64,000 nt of DNA from a virus. Taxonomy: Duplodnaviria; Caudoviricetes. This document shows, in pieces, positions 1 through 9,240 of this stretch. Each line of letters starts with the position of its first letter. Position 1 is the stretch's first letter. Under the pieces are notes generated by a model. That model had not been told where the DNA came from. It saw nothing but the letters and a program-made list of their open reading frames with translations, and made no database searches. The stretch is from IMG/VR virus record IMGVR_UViG_3300019124_000001, positions 99,788 through 163,787 of that record; one strand, given 5' to 3'. Made by a program: the position numbers and the translations under genes.

Positions 1-41
1 TGTTTTCGAAGAACTTATGAAAAAGAAATTTCTTGTACCTA

Positions 42-70
42 TTGACGAAGCCGCCAATAGATGATAGAAT
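42..70 (+). promoter_or_regulatory. SigA-type promoter
   Basis: TTGACG-17 bp-TAGAAT with extended -10 TG; followed by repeat box at 80-96. Confidence 0.75.
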
Positions 71-111
71 AGGGACATAACAAACAACAACTATGTCTGA
101 GGTGACAGGTA

Positions 112-486
112 ATGACGAAAAGTTGGCTAGGAAGTTTGATTCATCAGCACTCACACTTAGACAATGATGCTCTACGAGCAATGATCGAATATGTCAAAAG
201 ACACGATGATCATTTGCCACAAGTAGACGTTGACTTTGAAATTGCTGATAGGGACGCGATATTATCGGTGACTGAAATGAATTTTCGCCCCATTCGCCTA
301 AGCGACTTCTCCTCCGAGCACGAACTGACGGATCAGGACATTGCTAGAATCAAACACTCTACGAAGATACATTGTGTTTTAGAGCAAATCAAAAACCAAA
401 AACGCATTGTGGCAAACGAAGAGAACATGCTTAAACAACTATACAATAAGCTAGACAAACTTAAGGAAGAGGGGCTACAGTTGTAG
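112..486 (+). CDS. Hypothetical phage protein
   Basis: 124-aa ORF with GAGGTG RBS downstream of the promoter. Confidence 0.7.
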   Translation: MTKSWLGSLIHQHSHLDNDALRAMIEYVKRHDDHLPQVDVDFEIADRDAILSVTEMNFRPIRLSDFSSEHELTDQDIARIKHSTKIHCVLEQIKNQKRIVANEENMLKQLYNKLDKLKEEGLQL

Positions 487-534
487 CCTTCTAATTCTCT
501 CTACAAACAACAACTATGTATGGTGGTGAATGAT

Positions 535-1266
535 TTGCGTATCGGTGGACGCGGAATGCGAGTAGTTAACGATATGCCCTTTAATGACATCTTAAAAATC
601 ACGCAGATGGCAGTTAATAGGTTTAAGCATTGCGGATTGCAACGTCTTGGCGGTGGAGAGTATGGCAACGTATACCTCTACATTGATACCAACGGCAAGA
701 AGTATGCGATTAAGGTGTGGAATGATAGGCATATCAATCATGACGCAGACATTGATTTTCTGCTGAAACTTCAGGGTAGCGAATATTTTCCAAAGGTCTA
801 CATGTATAAACGTAAGGGTTTTCTGGTCATGGAATTTTTCGAAGGAAGAACACTGAAAGAGATTTATGATCCCATTAGCAGAGAAATTGCAGATAATACT
901 GGTAAAACTCGAATCAAAAATATTCACAATGGAATCCAACACATCGAAAAGGCATTTCGATTTGCTATGTCGCGTGGACTCTTGCCATTCGACACTCACG
1001 GCAATAACATTGTTGCAACGCCAGATGGCAGACTGAGATTTATAGATGTTGGCTTGTTTGAAGAACTTAAAGTAAAATACAAAATTCTTCGCTGGAAAAA
1101 CTCTGTAAGGCTCAGAAGCAACAAAGACTTCATTCGTCAGGTTAGTCGCGATCTTAATTACTACAACGAATTCAACAAAGCTAAAAGTGCTTTTGAGGAA
1201 GCGAAGAAAGCTATTGTTGAGGAAGCAACGCAAGCTATCATTAAGGAACGACAGAGGATATGTTAA
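535..1266 (+). CDS. Ser/Thr protein kinase-like protein (paralogue 1)
   Basis: GGGEYG Gly-loop, YAIK, DTHGNN catalytic loop, IDVG; TTG start at 535 after GGTGGTG RBS. Confidence 0.85.
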   Translation: MRIGGRGMRVVNDMPFNDILKITQMAVNRFKHCGLQRLGGGEYGNVYLYIDTNGKKYAIKVWNDRHINHDADIDFLLKLQGSEYFPKVYMYKRKGFLVMEFFEGRTLKEIYDPISREIADNTGKTRIKNIHNGIQHIEKAFRFAMSRGLLPFDTHGNNIVATPDGRLRFIDVGLFEELKVKYKILRWKNSVRLRSNKDFIRQVSRDLNYYNEFNKAKSAFEEAKKAIVEEATQAIIKERQRIC

Positions 1267-1304
1267 CTTTCTACAAACAATAACTATGTATGGCGGTGAA
1301 CTTA

Positions 1305-2024
1305 ATGAGAATCGGTGGACGCGGAATGAAGGTAGTTAATCATATGCCATTTAAGGATATCTTGAAGATTACACAAATGGCAGTTAGTCGGTTTCGGGAT
1401 TGCGGTCTGACTAGAATTGGAGGTGGGAAGTTCGGAGATGTATATCTGTATATCGACAGCAATAGTCAGAAATATGCAATCAAAGTATGGAAAGTATACT
1501 ACGACAATGAAGATCACGACATCGAAAATTTGCTTCGTCTTCAAGGTAGTAAGTATTTTCCTAAGATTTACATGTACAAGAAGAGAAGTTTTCTCGTAAT
1601 GGAGTATTTTGATGGCAGAACTTTAGCGGAAATTTTCAGCAAACATGATAGAGAGAGGGCTGACAAAATCGGCAAACCTGCAATCAAATACATTCATGAT
1701 GGCAACAAGTCTATCGAAGAAGCATTTAAGTTTGCGGTTTCTCGTGGGCTTGCACCAAACGATACTCACGGCAATAACATTATAGTTACGAAAGAAGGAG
1801 AACTAAAATTTATAGACGTTGGCTTATTCGAGGAACTTAAAGTTAGATACCACAGATGGCACGACTATAATGGCAAGGTGGTTTATAATAACAATAAGGA
1901 TCTCGTTGAAAGCATAAAACGGGACATTACAAACTGCTTCGAGCTTGAATACGCAAAAGGCCAATATCAATCAGCGTTTAATGCATTAGTTGAACAACAA
2001 GCAAAAGAGCTAGCCTCTATTTAA
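1305..2024 (+). CDS. Ser/Thr protein kinase-like protein (paralogue 2)
   Basis: GGGKFG, YAIK, DTHGNN, IDVG; strongly similar to paralogue 1; ATG at 1305. Confidence 0.85.
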   Translation: MRIGGRGMKVVNHMPFKDILKITQMAVSRFRDCGLTRIGGGKFGDVYLYIDSNSQKYAIKVWKVYYDNEDHDIENLLRLQGSKYFPKIYMYKKRSFLVMEYFDGRTLAEIFSKHDRERADKIGKPAIKYIHDGNKSIEEAFKFAVSRGLAPNDTHGNNIIVTKEGELKFIDVGLFEELKVRYHRWHDYNGKVVYNNNKDLVESIKRDITNCFELEYAKGQYQSAFNALVEQQAKELASI

Positions 2025-2061
2025 CTATCAAACAACAACTATGTATGGTAGGTGATAGGCA

Positions 2062-2787
2062 TTGAAACAAGATAAAGGAATGCAGATACTTGGAGACATT
2101 GATCTGATAGATGCTACTATGATCATGAAAATGGCTATCAGTCGATTTTCAGATTGTGATCTTAAATGTATTGGAGAAGGTGTCTATGGTCGCGTTCTGC
2201 TTTATGTGGGACGAGAGGGTCGGAAGTATGCCATAAAGGTATTCAAGAGCAACTATTCGATGCTCGATATGGATGACATAGACAAACTCTTGGCTTTGCA
2301 AGGTTGTGAACACTACCCAAAAGTATTTATGTATCAACGCGGATCGTTTATGGTGACTGAATTTATTGATGGTCGCACTCTTTATGAAATTCACTGCATT
2401 CAAGAGCGCTCTTTTGCAAACAGACTTCGCAAACCAATCATAGACAAAATGGAAAATCCTATTGAACAATACAAAAATGCATACAAATATGCTTTATCTC
2501 GTGGATTCGCACCTTATGATACGCATGGTGATAACATTATGGTAACTCCGCATGGTAGACTTGTAATCGTTGATGTTGGCTGTTTTGCTAAGTTTCACCG
2601 TAAACTAATTATCCCAATGTGGGCTTCTGAAAACAAGAAGAAGTTTTCTCAATCGGAACTTCTTCAAGCTCTGAAAGCTGATAAAGGAAATTTTTGGGGA
2701 TACCACAATGGTGTGGAAGCCATCAAAGAGTGCGAGATTCATTTAAAAACACACAAAACAAATGGACAGGAGTTGCAACCAGCATGA
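2062..2787 (+). CDS. Ser/Thr protein kinase-like protein (paralogue 3)
   Basis: GEGVYG, YAIK, DTHGDN, VDVG. Confidence 0.85.
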   Translation: MKQDKGMQILGDIDLIDATMIMKMAISRFSDCDLKCIGEGVYGRVLLYVGREGRKYAIKVFKSNYSMLDMDDIDKLLALQGCEHYPKVFMYQRGSFMVTEFIDGRTLYEIHCIQERSFANRLRKPIIDKMENPIEQYKNAYKYALSRGFAPYDTHGDNIMVTPHGRLVIVDVGCFAKFHRKLIIPMWASENKKKFSQSELLQALKADKGNFWGYHNGVEAIKECEIHLKTHKTNGQELQPA

Positions 2788-3080
2788 TCGTAAACTTTGA
2801 AAACATCTCCGCAGAAAAGAAAAAGGTATACGCAGAAGATATCGTTCTCTTTGCAGAAGAAGTATTTGGAATGGATGGACGTGTCATGACCATCTCTGAA
2901 GGACATACCATTCAGCGAGTCAAACTACAGACATGGGAACGTGTTCGACTTCGTAATTACCAAGAGTACACAACCACCGCAACATCGTACCATGCGTATG
3001 TTCGACCAACAAATATCGAAAATGACTATCTCCGCGAAGTTTACGAAGCGCACCAAAGTCTGCTGAAAGAGGTGACTTAA
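2784..3080 (+). CDS. Hypothetical protein
   Basis: ATG at 2784 overlapping kinase 3 stop (ATGA), AGGAG RBS. Confidence 0.6.
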   Translation: MIVNFENISAEKKKVYAEDIVLFAEEVFGMDGRVMTISEGHTIQRVKLQTWERVRLRNYQEYTTTATSYHAYVRPTNIENDYLREVYEAHQSLLKEVT

Positions 3081-3226
3081 TGCAAAATAATAAGGAGTTG
3101 TTGGCTAATGCTATGGAAGCAATAGCAAAAATTGACCTTGATCAAGAAAGTTCTGCATTCGAATGTCATCTGAAACTTGCCCTAGAATAATTGGAAGATT
3201 GTTACAGATGGGCTAATGAAGGTTAG
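3080..3226 (+). pseudogene. Small ORF, possibly interrupted by a premature TAA at 3188
   Basis: GAGGTG RBS; 36 codons, TAA, then 11 more sense codons to an in-frame TAG (3224) inside a palindromic site. Confidence 0.35.
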
Positions 3227-3282
3227 ATGAAAATGCACTTGTTTAATAAAATATCGGTTTGATAGACAGAAGGGGGACAAGT

Positions 3283-3489
3283 ATGTATACCGATTGGGAG
3301 CTTGAAAACACCGTAAAAACGATGGAAAGTAACTTTATTGACAGAGGTTGTGTCAATATCGTCAATCTCGATGAAGCAAAGAAGTTTTCCACTTATCTCA
3401 AAATCAAAGGTTATCAAGTAGAGATCAAAGACAGCAACCTTTATTTTCCTGTTGCTAGAAGCTACGATGTAATCAAAGTAGACCGATAA
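3283..3489 (+). CDS. Small hypothetical protein (site-bounded)
   Basis: AGGGGG RBS, ATG 3283; stop TAA lies in the left arm of the 3483 site. Confidence 0.7.
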   Translation: MYTDWELENTVKTMESNFIDRGCVNIVNLDEAKKFSTYLKIKGYQVEIKDSNLYFPVARSYDVIKVDR

Positions 3490-3522
3490 AACGAAAATTT
3501 CATCTAAAGGAGGTGAGCTACA

Positions 3523-3606
3523 GTGAAAAAACGAAGAACCAATCCGCTTGCTTTGGGTCTTGGAGTTTTTGTTGGCTTTGTAGTTTATCACATCTTGACA
3601 AAATAG
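3523..3606 (+). CDS. 27-aa single-pass membrane peptide
   Basis: AAGGAGGTG RBS right after the site; MKKRRTNPLALGLGVFVGFVVYHILTK. Confidence 0.6.
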   Translation: MKKRRTNPLALGLGVFVGFVVYHILTK

Positions 3607-3618
3607 GGAGTGTTCGCA

Positions 3619-3957
3619 ATGTCCTTGCGAATTTTGGATGGCATTATTGCAGAAAAGGTACACGGATGGGAGTGGCACCAAGTCACTGAGAACCGAAAAA
3701 TCTTAGTGCCACCGATTAACGATCATCGTAGCACTTGGGCGGCAATGTGGGACGAGAATGGTTTTCCGCATTGGTTGCCAGAATATCGACATGAAGCAAT
3801 TGGGATTCGATTCGACTCGACATATGAATCTGGTCGGGTGACTGGATTTGACGAAGATGGAGACATTTTCGTTGAGATTTTCTTAAAATCGACTGGTCAG
3901 ACCTATACTGAGCTTTGGTTTAAGGAATCTTTGCTCAATAGAGAACTACTAAGGTAG
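3619..3957 (+). CDS. Hypothetical protein, N-terminus like phage ABA-sandwich domain
   Basis: LDGIIAEKVHGW...LPEY pattern; stop TAG in the left arm of the 3955 site. Confidence 0.55.
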   Translation: MSLRILDGIIAEKVHGWEWHQVTENRKILVPPINDHRSTWAAMWDENGFPHWLPEYRHEAIGIRFDSTYESGRVTGFDEDGDIFVEIFLKSTGQTYTELWFKESLLNRELLR

Positions 3958-3993
3958 ACAAAACTTAGTTTTCATCTAAAGGGGAGTACAAAA

Positions 3994-4293
3994 ATGTACA
4001 AAATTGGTGATGCAGTAATGATTTCGAGGAACTTGGCAGAACGTTATAATATCAATCATGAACATAGGAATGGAATTGTAACAAGTGTAGAGGGTTATAT
4101 GCTAAAGATTTCAAATCCATTATGGAAAAATCAAGAAGGTTGTTTGATTGGTAGTTTCAATGAATCAGATTTCGATGTCATTAACTCCCATAGTGTTATT
4201 ATAGGCAAAGATATACTTGATCATCTTCTTAATTTGCCTATTGTTGAAATTTCCGCTAAATTATCGAACGGAAAGCAGATTGAAATTCGATAA
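3994..4293 (+). CDS. Hypothetical protein (SH3/KOW-like MYKIGDAV start), site-bounded
   Basis: AAGGGGAG RBS after site; stop in the next site. Confidence 0.7.
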   Translation: MYKIGDAVMISRNLAERYNINHEHRNGIVTSVEGYMLKISNPLWKNQEGCLIGSFNESDFDVINSHSVIIGKDILDHLLNLPIVEISAKLSNGKQIEIR

Positions 4294-4324
4294 AACTACG
4301 ATTTCATCTAAGGAGGAACAACCA

Positions 4325-4504
4325 TTGGAGATGTTGACAGATGTAATGGGAATTGCAAATACTGCACTTGGTTTCTACGTGTTTGGCAAGCTGTCTGAGC
4401 GTAAAAGAACTAAGCATGTTAAATTGTACCCCTTGTTGGTGGTCTGTGTGATTGGTACTATTGTTCTTGATTTTCTGCATTTCGTTATTAAAGTAGATTT
4501 CTAA
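4325..4504 (+). CDS. Small two-helix membrane protein
   Basis: AAGGAGG RBS after the 4287 site; two hydrophobic segments; start at 4325 or 4331. Confidence 0.6.
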   Translation: MEMLTDVMGIANTALGFYVFGKLSERKRTKHVKLYPLLVVCVIGTIVLDFLHFVIKVDF

Positions 4505-4522
4505 ACCAAGGAGCATACAATA

Positions 4523-5584
4523 ATGTCAAATACCGCCAATTCCGTGCTGTTCGAAGATTATAATGCAAAACTCGAAAAGTTTGAAGTGTACAACTCGGAT
4601 GGAATCTCTGTACTTGGTTTCTATCCAATTAAAACGATTCTTGCAGAAGACCTTGGCAATGCGCTCCGCAAATACGTTATCGAGTCTGGTTTCAAGTATT
4701 GGAAATCGTATCGCAATGAGTTTGGGAAAAACATTCTCGTAGGGCTTCGAAAGGGCAATAGACGCCATCATAAGAACAATCAGGTGTTCGTTTACATATC
4801 GAAGGTAGACGATGCATTTGACTTTATTGTTGAAGACGCTCGTACACGTACACTGATGGCAGAAATTAGAGCAAGCAACATTCAAAGTGCGGCAATAGAA
4901 TTCGCAAAAATTGCCAAAAAGGATGTAGTAAAATTCCATTCCAAGAACACCTTGGCAACAATCTACGAGATTGGAGGAGAGCTTTACCTATTCCGCATTA
5001 AACCATTCATGAACGATGAAGGACAGAATAAACCGCAGAATCAAGCACCGATGGAGGAAATTTATTGGGGCGAAAGCCAAATTGATGGATCATGTTCAGA
5101 AATCATTGAAGGGATTATTGATGCGGCTGACAAGGCTGGTATTCTAGAAGACATTCCCGTTGAAGATGGAATGTTCAAACTTCATGCGACAGTAAATACC
5201 TCTATCTACCAAGAACTACAAGACGTTGTTCTTAAAGTTCAGTCAGGACAAAAGATTCGTTCTTCTCGAACCGAACGCGAACTTCTGCTTGGAGAAGATG
5301 GTGACTTCAGAGAGGTATTGCATTTCTCAAAATCGCAAATTCGACCGTACAATCTTTATACTAATCGAGTTAATTTCTCTGCATCGTTGTTTGAAGAAAA
5401 ATGGACAATCGTTTCTCAACCATGCAGTTTCGTAGATGCTATGCGTCATATGCAAGCTGGATGCACGATCTACTGTATCAATGATGGTTTGATGTATAAA
5501 GCCGAAACGTCAATCGGAATGTCTCTTAACGCATTTGCTTCCGCTAAGTGGTTCTATGAACCAGTAGAACTTCCGTTCGAATAA
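4523..5584 (+). CDS. Hypothetical multi-domain phage protein
   Basis: 353-aa ORF with AAGGAG RBS. Confidence 0.7.
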   Translation: MSNTANSVLFEDYNAKLEKFEVYNSDGISVLGFYPIKTILAEDLGNALRKYVIESGFKYWKSYRNEFGKNILVGLRKGNRRHHKNNQVFVYISKVDDAFDFIVEDARTRTLMAEIRASNIQSAAIEFAKIAKKDVVKFHSKNTLATIYEIGGELYLFRIKPFMNDEGQNKPQNQAPMEEIYWGESQIDGSCSEIIEGIIDAADKAGILEDIPVEDGMFKLHATVNTSIYQELQDVVLKVQSGQKIRSSRTERELLLGEDGDFREVLHFSKSQIRPYNLYTNRVNFSASLFEEKWTIVSQPCSFVDAMRHMQAGCTIYCINDGLMYKAETSIGMSLNAFASAKWFYEPVELPFE

Positions 5585-5608
5585 GATGGATCAAGAAAGG
5601 AAATTATC

Positions 5609-5794
5609 ATGAACAACCAAGATGATCCAATCTTTGACAAATTAAGTCGTATTCAGAAATATATTGTCGAGCGATTCAATGGTGTTCATGTAGACATATA
5701 TTATTCTGAAGGTCATCAAGGCGCATTGGTGGTTCAAGCAGGAAAGCCACTTATTTTGCAGAACGTAATTCATGTAGTCAAAGTGCGAATTTAG
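5609..5794 (+). CDS. Hypothetical protein
   Basis: 61-aa ORF, AAGGA RBS. Confidence 0.5.
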   Translation: MNNQDDPIFDKLSRIQKYIVERFNGVHVDIYYSEGHQGALVVQAGKPLILQNVIHVVKVRI

Positions 5795-5807
5795 GGAGGA
5801 TACCAAG

Positions 5808-5999
5808 ATGAAAATTCAAGTTGTTGGCTTGCGCTTTAATAGTGCTGATGAATGCGCTACTGCTCTTTTTGAGGCGCATTTGAAAATTGGATTTATTAAG
5901 GGCGAAATTGAACTGCCTTCCGAATTAAGGTATTGCGGAAATCAAACTGTGATATCCGAATATATTAAACGTGCCCTTAAATCAGAATTAATTTACTGA
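5808..5999 (+). CDS. Hypothetical protein
   Basis: 63-aa ORF, GGAGG RBS. Confidence 0.6.
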   Translation: MKIQVVGLRFNSADECATALFEAHLKIGFIKGEIELPSELRYCGNQTVISEYIKRALKSELIY

Positions 6000-6006
6000 A
6001 AGGTAG

Positions 6007-7704
6007 TTGAAAATTATGGCTTGGAAGAAACGTTCTCCGCAAATCGCATATTTAGAATCTGACCATGTTATCACAAAACTTGCCAAGATTAGAGGTATCA
6101 AGTCTACAGAGCTTGACAGATACATGAACCCAACATCGAAAGAACTTCATTCGCCATTCCTAATGAAGAATATTGAAATTGCTTCCGAAAGAATTGTAGA
6201 GGCTATTCGCAAAAATCAACGTATCGCAATCAGCAATGATTGTGATACGGATGGTGTTTGCGGAATGGCTCAGTTTGTCAGATACCTTCGTGATTGTGAA
6301 CATAAAAATTATTACGTAACACATAATGAACGTTCACGAGGTCACGGTGTGCATAATCAGCTTGACAAAATCGAAAATGGCACCGAACTTTTGGTCATTA
6401 TTGACTCATCATCGACAGAAGATTCTAAGGATGCTATTTTTTCGATAATTTCTCGTGGTATTGACGTAATCATTCTTGATCACCATGATGTTGAAGTAGA
6501 TTATCACGATTTGATTCCAAGAGTAATCATGGTTAACCCACAACAAATTGATTGCTTTTATCCAAACAAGCATATCTCCGGTTCTACCGTTGTCTACAAA
6601 ACATTACAAATGGTAGACGACATTATTGGTATGGGAACTGTTGACGATTACCTTGATCTTGTTGCGGTTGGCATGTATGCAGACGTTATGCGTGTAGATG
6701 TGCTTGAAAACCGATATTTGATCATGCAGGGAATGAAAAATATTCGAAATATTGGCTTAATGTCTATTCTGAAAGTGAATGACAAATTAAAGGAACCAGT
6801 CACGTCTCAAACCATTGGATTCACTTTGGCTCCTTCTATCAACGGAACCATGCGATTAGATAAGATCGAGTACGTAATAAAACTCCTCTTGGAAGATGAC
6901 GCATTAGTAGCGTACAATATTGCCAAAGACATTAAAAAATTCAACGATCAACGAAAGGCAGAGCAAAAGGAGATTGTCGAACGTTATCTGTCTCATTATG
7001 TTAACCCTGATAACAAGGTTGTCGTAGTCATTGACAAAGATGCTTCCAAAGGTTATAACGGCTTGGTGGCGACAACTTTGGCTGAAAAGTTTAAGCGTCC
7101 TGCTATCGTTATGCATGTCAATCAAGATGGCGAATGCGCTGGTTCTTTCCGTGCTTACGGAGACTTTAAAATGAAAAAGTTTCTCGTAAGTAATTTTAAA
7201 TTTGGGAAATATGCCAACACGATCAAATACGCTGTTGGTCACGAACAAGCTGGCGGTATTGGTGTACATGTATCCAATCTTAACGCACTCGTTAGTGGCA
7301 TGAATGCTGAACTTGCGAATGTTCATTTTGACACTGATTTAGAGTATGATCTTGAAATTGCGGCTGACGATCTTACTACGTCATTCATCCAACAAGTAGA
7401 AAAGTTTAACTTCTTGACAGGCAAGGGGTTTCCTACAGCCACATTCAAAGTGACAGGTTGTACCGTTTTGAAGCGTGACGTACTAGGCAAAGAACGGAAG
7501 GACACCGTAAAGATCACGTGCGATAACAATCTTGCTTTAATGAAGTTTCGAACTGACTCAGATTGGGGATTAGACATCATTGATGAAGATGCTTGGGTTA
7601 ATACTGTAGATGTAATCGGGCAGTTAAATGTTAATGTTTTTGTAACCCGATCTGGTCGGCGTGTAACCAATCAGGTTTTTGTTGAGGACTACAAAAAAGT
7701 TTGA
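6007..7704 (+). CDS. recJ: RecJ-like ssDNA exonuclease (DHH/DHHA1)
   Basis: DCDTDG, ILDHH, YADV, GSFR, GHEQAGG motifs. Confidence 0.9.
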   Translation: MKIMAWKKRSPQIAYLESDHVITKLAKIRGIKSTELDRYMNPTSKELHSPFLMKNIEIASERIVEAIRKNQRIAISNDCDTDGVCGMAQFVRYLRDCEHKNYYVTHNERSRGHGVHNQLDKIENGTELLVIIDSSSTEDSKDAIFSIISRGIDVIILDHHDVEVDYHDLIPRVIMVNPQQIDCFYPNKHISGSTVVYKTLQMVDDIIGMGTVDDYLDLVAVGMYADVMRVDVLENRYLIMQGMKNIRNIGLMSILKVNDKLKEPVTSQTIGFTLAPSINGTMRLDKIEYVIKLLLEDDALVAYNIAKDIKKFNDQRKAEQKEIVERYLSHYVNPDNKVVVVIDKDASKGYNGLVATTLAEKFKRPAIVMHVNQDGECAGSFRAYGDFKMKKFLVSNFKFGKYANTIKYAVGHEQAGGIGVHVSNLNALVSGMNAELANVHFDTDLEYDLEIAADDLTTSFIQQVEKFNFLTGKGFPTATFKVTGCTVLKRDVLGKERKDTVKITCDNNLALMKFRTDSDWGLDIIDEDAWVNTVDVIGQLNVNVFVTRSGRRVTNQVFVEDYKKV

Positions 7705-7712
7705 TAGAGTAG

Positions 7713-7742
7713 TTGACAAACAACAACTATGTATGGTACTAT
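7713..7742 (+). promoter_or_regulatory. SigA-type promoter whose spacer is the repeat box
   Basis: TTGACA-AACAACAACTATGTATGG(18)-TACTAT, extended -10. Confidence 0.8.
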
Positions 7743-7788
7743 AAAAATGTGAGTTACGACAAATACGAACGAGAGGGGAACATTTAAG

Positions 7789-8064
7789 ATGGACTCGAAA
7801 TTTTTGTTAAAAGGCGAAGAAACAACCATCACCCTGCAAGACGAAGATGGCAAAGATTTGGTATGTACGATGATTTGCACCTTTGAAAATGAAGGCAATA
7901 TCTATGCTGTTCTAGTTGTTAACGATGACAACTCTGACGATGGATATATGTTGCGTATTGACAATGACGGAGAACACGATTACCTTGTTGAAATTGAAGA
8001 CGAAGAAGAGTGGCAACGTGCGGTGGACGCATACAGCGTCATTGCAACGCTCGACGAAGCATAA
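7789..8064 (+). CDS. DUF1292-like acidic protein
   Basis: ITLQDEDG...YAVL...LVEIEDEEEW pattern. Confidence 0.7.
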   Translation: MDSKFLLKGEETTITLQDEDGKDLVCTMICTFENEGNIYAVLVVNDDNSDDGYMLRIDNDGEHDYLVEIEDEEEWQRAVDAYSVIATLDEA

Positions 8065-8078
8065 AGGAGGAAACAAAA

Positions 8079-8522
8079 ATGTATTTTGCAAAAATCGCAA
8101 TCCTTTCCCTATTCTGCGGAGGAGTTGCTTGGTACATGATTGCACGTTGGTTTAAACTGAAGCACAAGAAGAAAGTATCCGAAATTCATGCGAACCAATT
8201 AAAAGAACTTGACGAAGAAGTTCGGGACACGGTGCCTCAATGGGATGTTTCAACCAAGAAACAAGATCAGCCGAAGTCCACAGAAGTCTCTATTGTAGCT
8301 CTAAACACGAACATTCAACCAGTCCAACAATATGCTCGAAAACAAGCAAATCCCAAGGTAAAAACTTCTGTGTCGATTAACGACAACACATACTATGGCG
8401 AATCGCCATCGAAGCCTTCAAGTTACCGCAGTGGTTCGTCGTCGTGGTCTTCTGATTCTTCATCGTCTTCCGATTCGTGGTCTTCGTCTTCTGATTCTTC
8501 ATCGTCGAGTTCGTGCGACTAA
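8079..8522 (+). CDS. Membrane-anchored protein with Ser-rich C-terminal tail
   Basis: AAGGAGG RBS, N-terminal TM, SSSWSSDSSSSS repeats. Confidence 0.7.
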   Translation: MYFAKIAILSLFCGGVAWYMIARWFKLKHKKKVSEIHANQLKELDEEVRDTVPQWDVSTKKQDQPKSTEVSIVALNTNIQPVQQYARKQANPKVKTSVSINDNTYYGESPSKPSSYRSGSSSWSSDSSSSSDSWSSSSDSSSSSSCD

Positions 8523-8535
8523 CAACAACTATGCT

Positions 8536-8563
8536 AGAAGAGGGCTTTTGCCCTCTTCTTTCT
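8536..8563 (+). terminator. Intrinsic terminator
   Basis: AGAAGAGGGC-TTTT-GCCCTCTTCT followed by a short T run. Confidence 0.65.
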
Positions 8564-8580
8564 ATTGAGGAGGAAACATT

Positions 8581-9240
8581 TTGAACGAAATTACCGAACT
8601 TCAAGAGCTTGATCTTCCTGCTGAAATCTATTTCATGCGTGGCTTTGCTTTGGGCAGTGGGTACAATGAACTTTATAGGTCTATTAGTTGTGCGCTCATC
8701 GAACACCGCAAACAAGCTCGTAATGGTGGTCAACCGTATGCAACACACCCGATTCGATGTGCCCACATGTTGGTAACTCACGGTGTTCGCGATGAGCGTA
8801 TCCTGTCTACAGTTGTTCTGCATGATGTACCTGAAGATTGTGGCGCAAGCAAAGAAGACCTGATTCATATGTATGGAATCAGTGAAGATGTTGCTTACTT
8901 AGCAACAGTGCTCGACAAAAGACGGTACAAATCCACTGAGGATTACTACTTGTCTCTTCGACAGTACATTGAAACTATTCTTACAAAAATTGTAGACCGT
9001 TGTCATAATCTTGCTACAATGGTTAACGTTTTCTCTGAAAAAAGGATGAAGAAATATATCGAGGAGACAGAAGAGTATGTGATTCCCCTCTGTCAATATG
9101 CAGTTCTCCATCATCCCGAATATTCGAACGTAGTATTTGCATTAAAGCGTCATATCGTTGATATGCTCACCATTCTAAAAGCCCTTCTTCCAAAGGATCA
9201 TTTGGACGAAGAAATGATAGGAGCGACATGTTCATTATGA
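8581..9240 (+). CDS. HD-domain (p)ppGpp hydrolase-like protein (small alarmone hydrolase/Mesh1 type)
   Basis: HRKQAR..G.PYATHP, LHDVPED, KIVDRCHN motifs of the RelA/SpoT hydrolase domain; no synthetase domain. Confidence 0.85.
   Translation: MNEITELQELDLPAEIYFMRGFALGSGYNELYRSISCALIEHRKQARNGGQPYATHPIRCAHMLVTHGVRDERILSTVVLHDVPEDCGASKEDLIHMYGISEDVAYLATVLDKRRYKSTEDYYLSLRQYIETILTKIVDRCHNLATMVNVFSEKRMKKYIEETEEYVIPLCQYAVLHHPEYSNVVFALKRHIVDMLTILKALLPKDHLDEEMIGATCSL

Larger units (their letters stand above)
3224..4310 (+). repeat. Cluster of palindromic sites TAGATRAAA-N6-TTTYATCTA separating small genes
   Basis: Sites at 3224-3247 and 3243-3266 (degenerate), 3483-3506, 3955-3978, 4287-4310. Confidence 0.85.
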
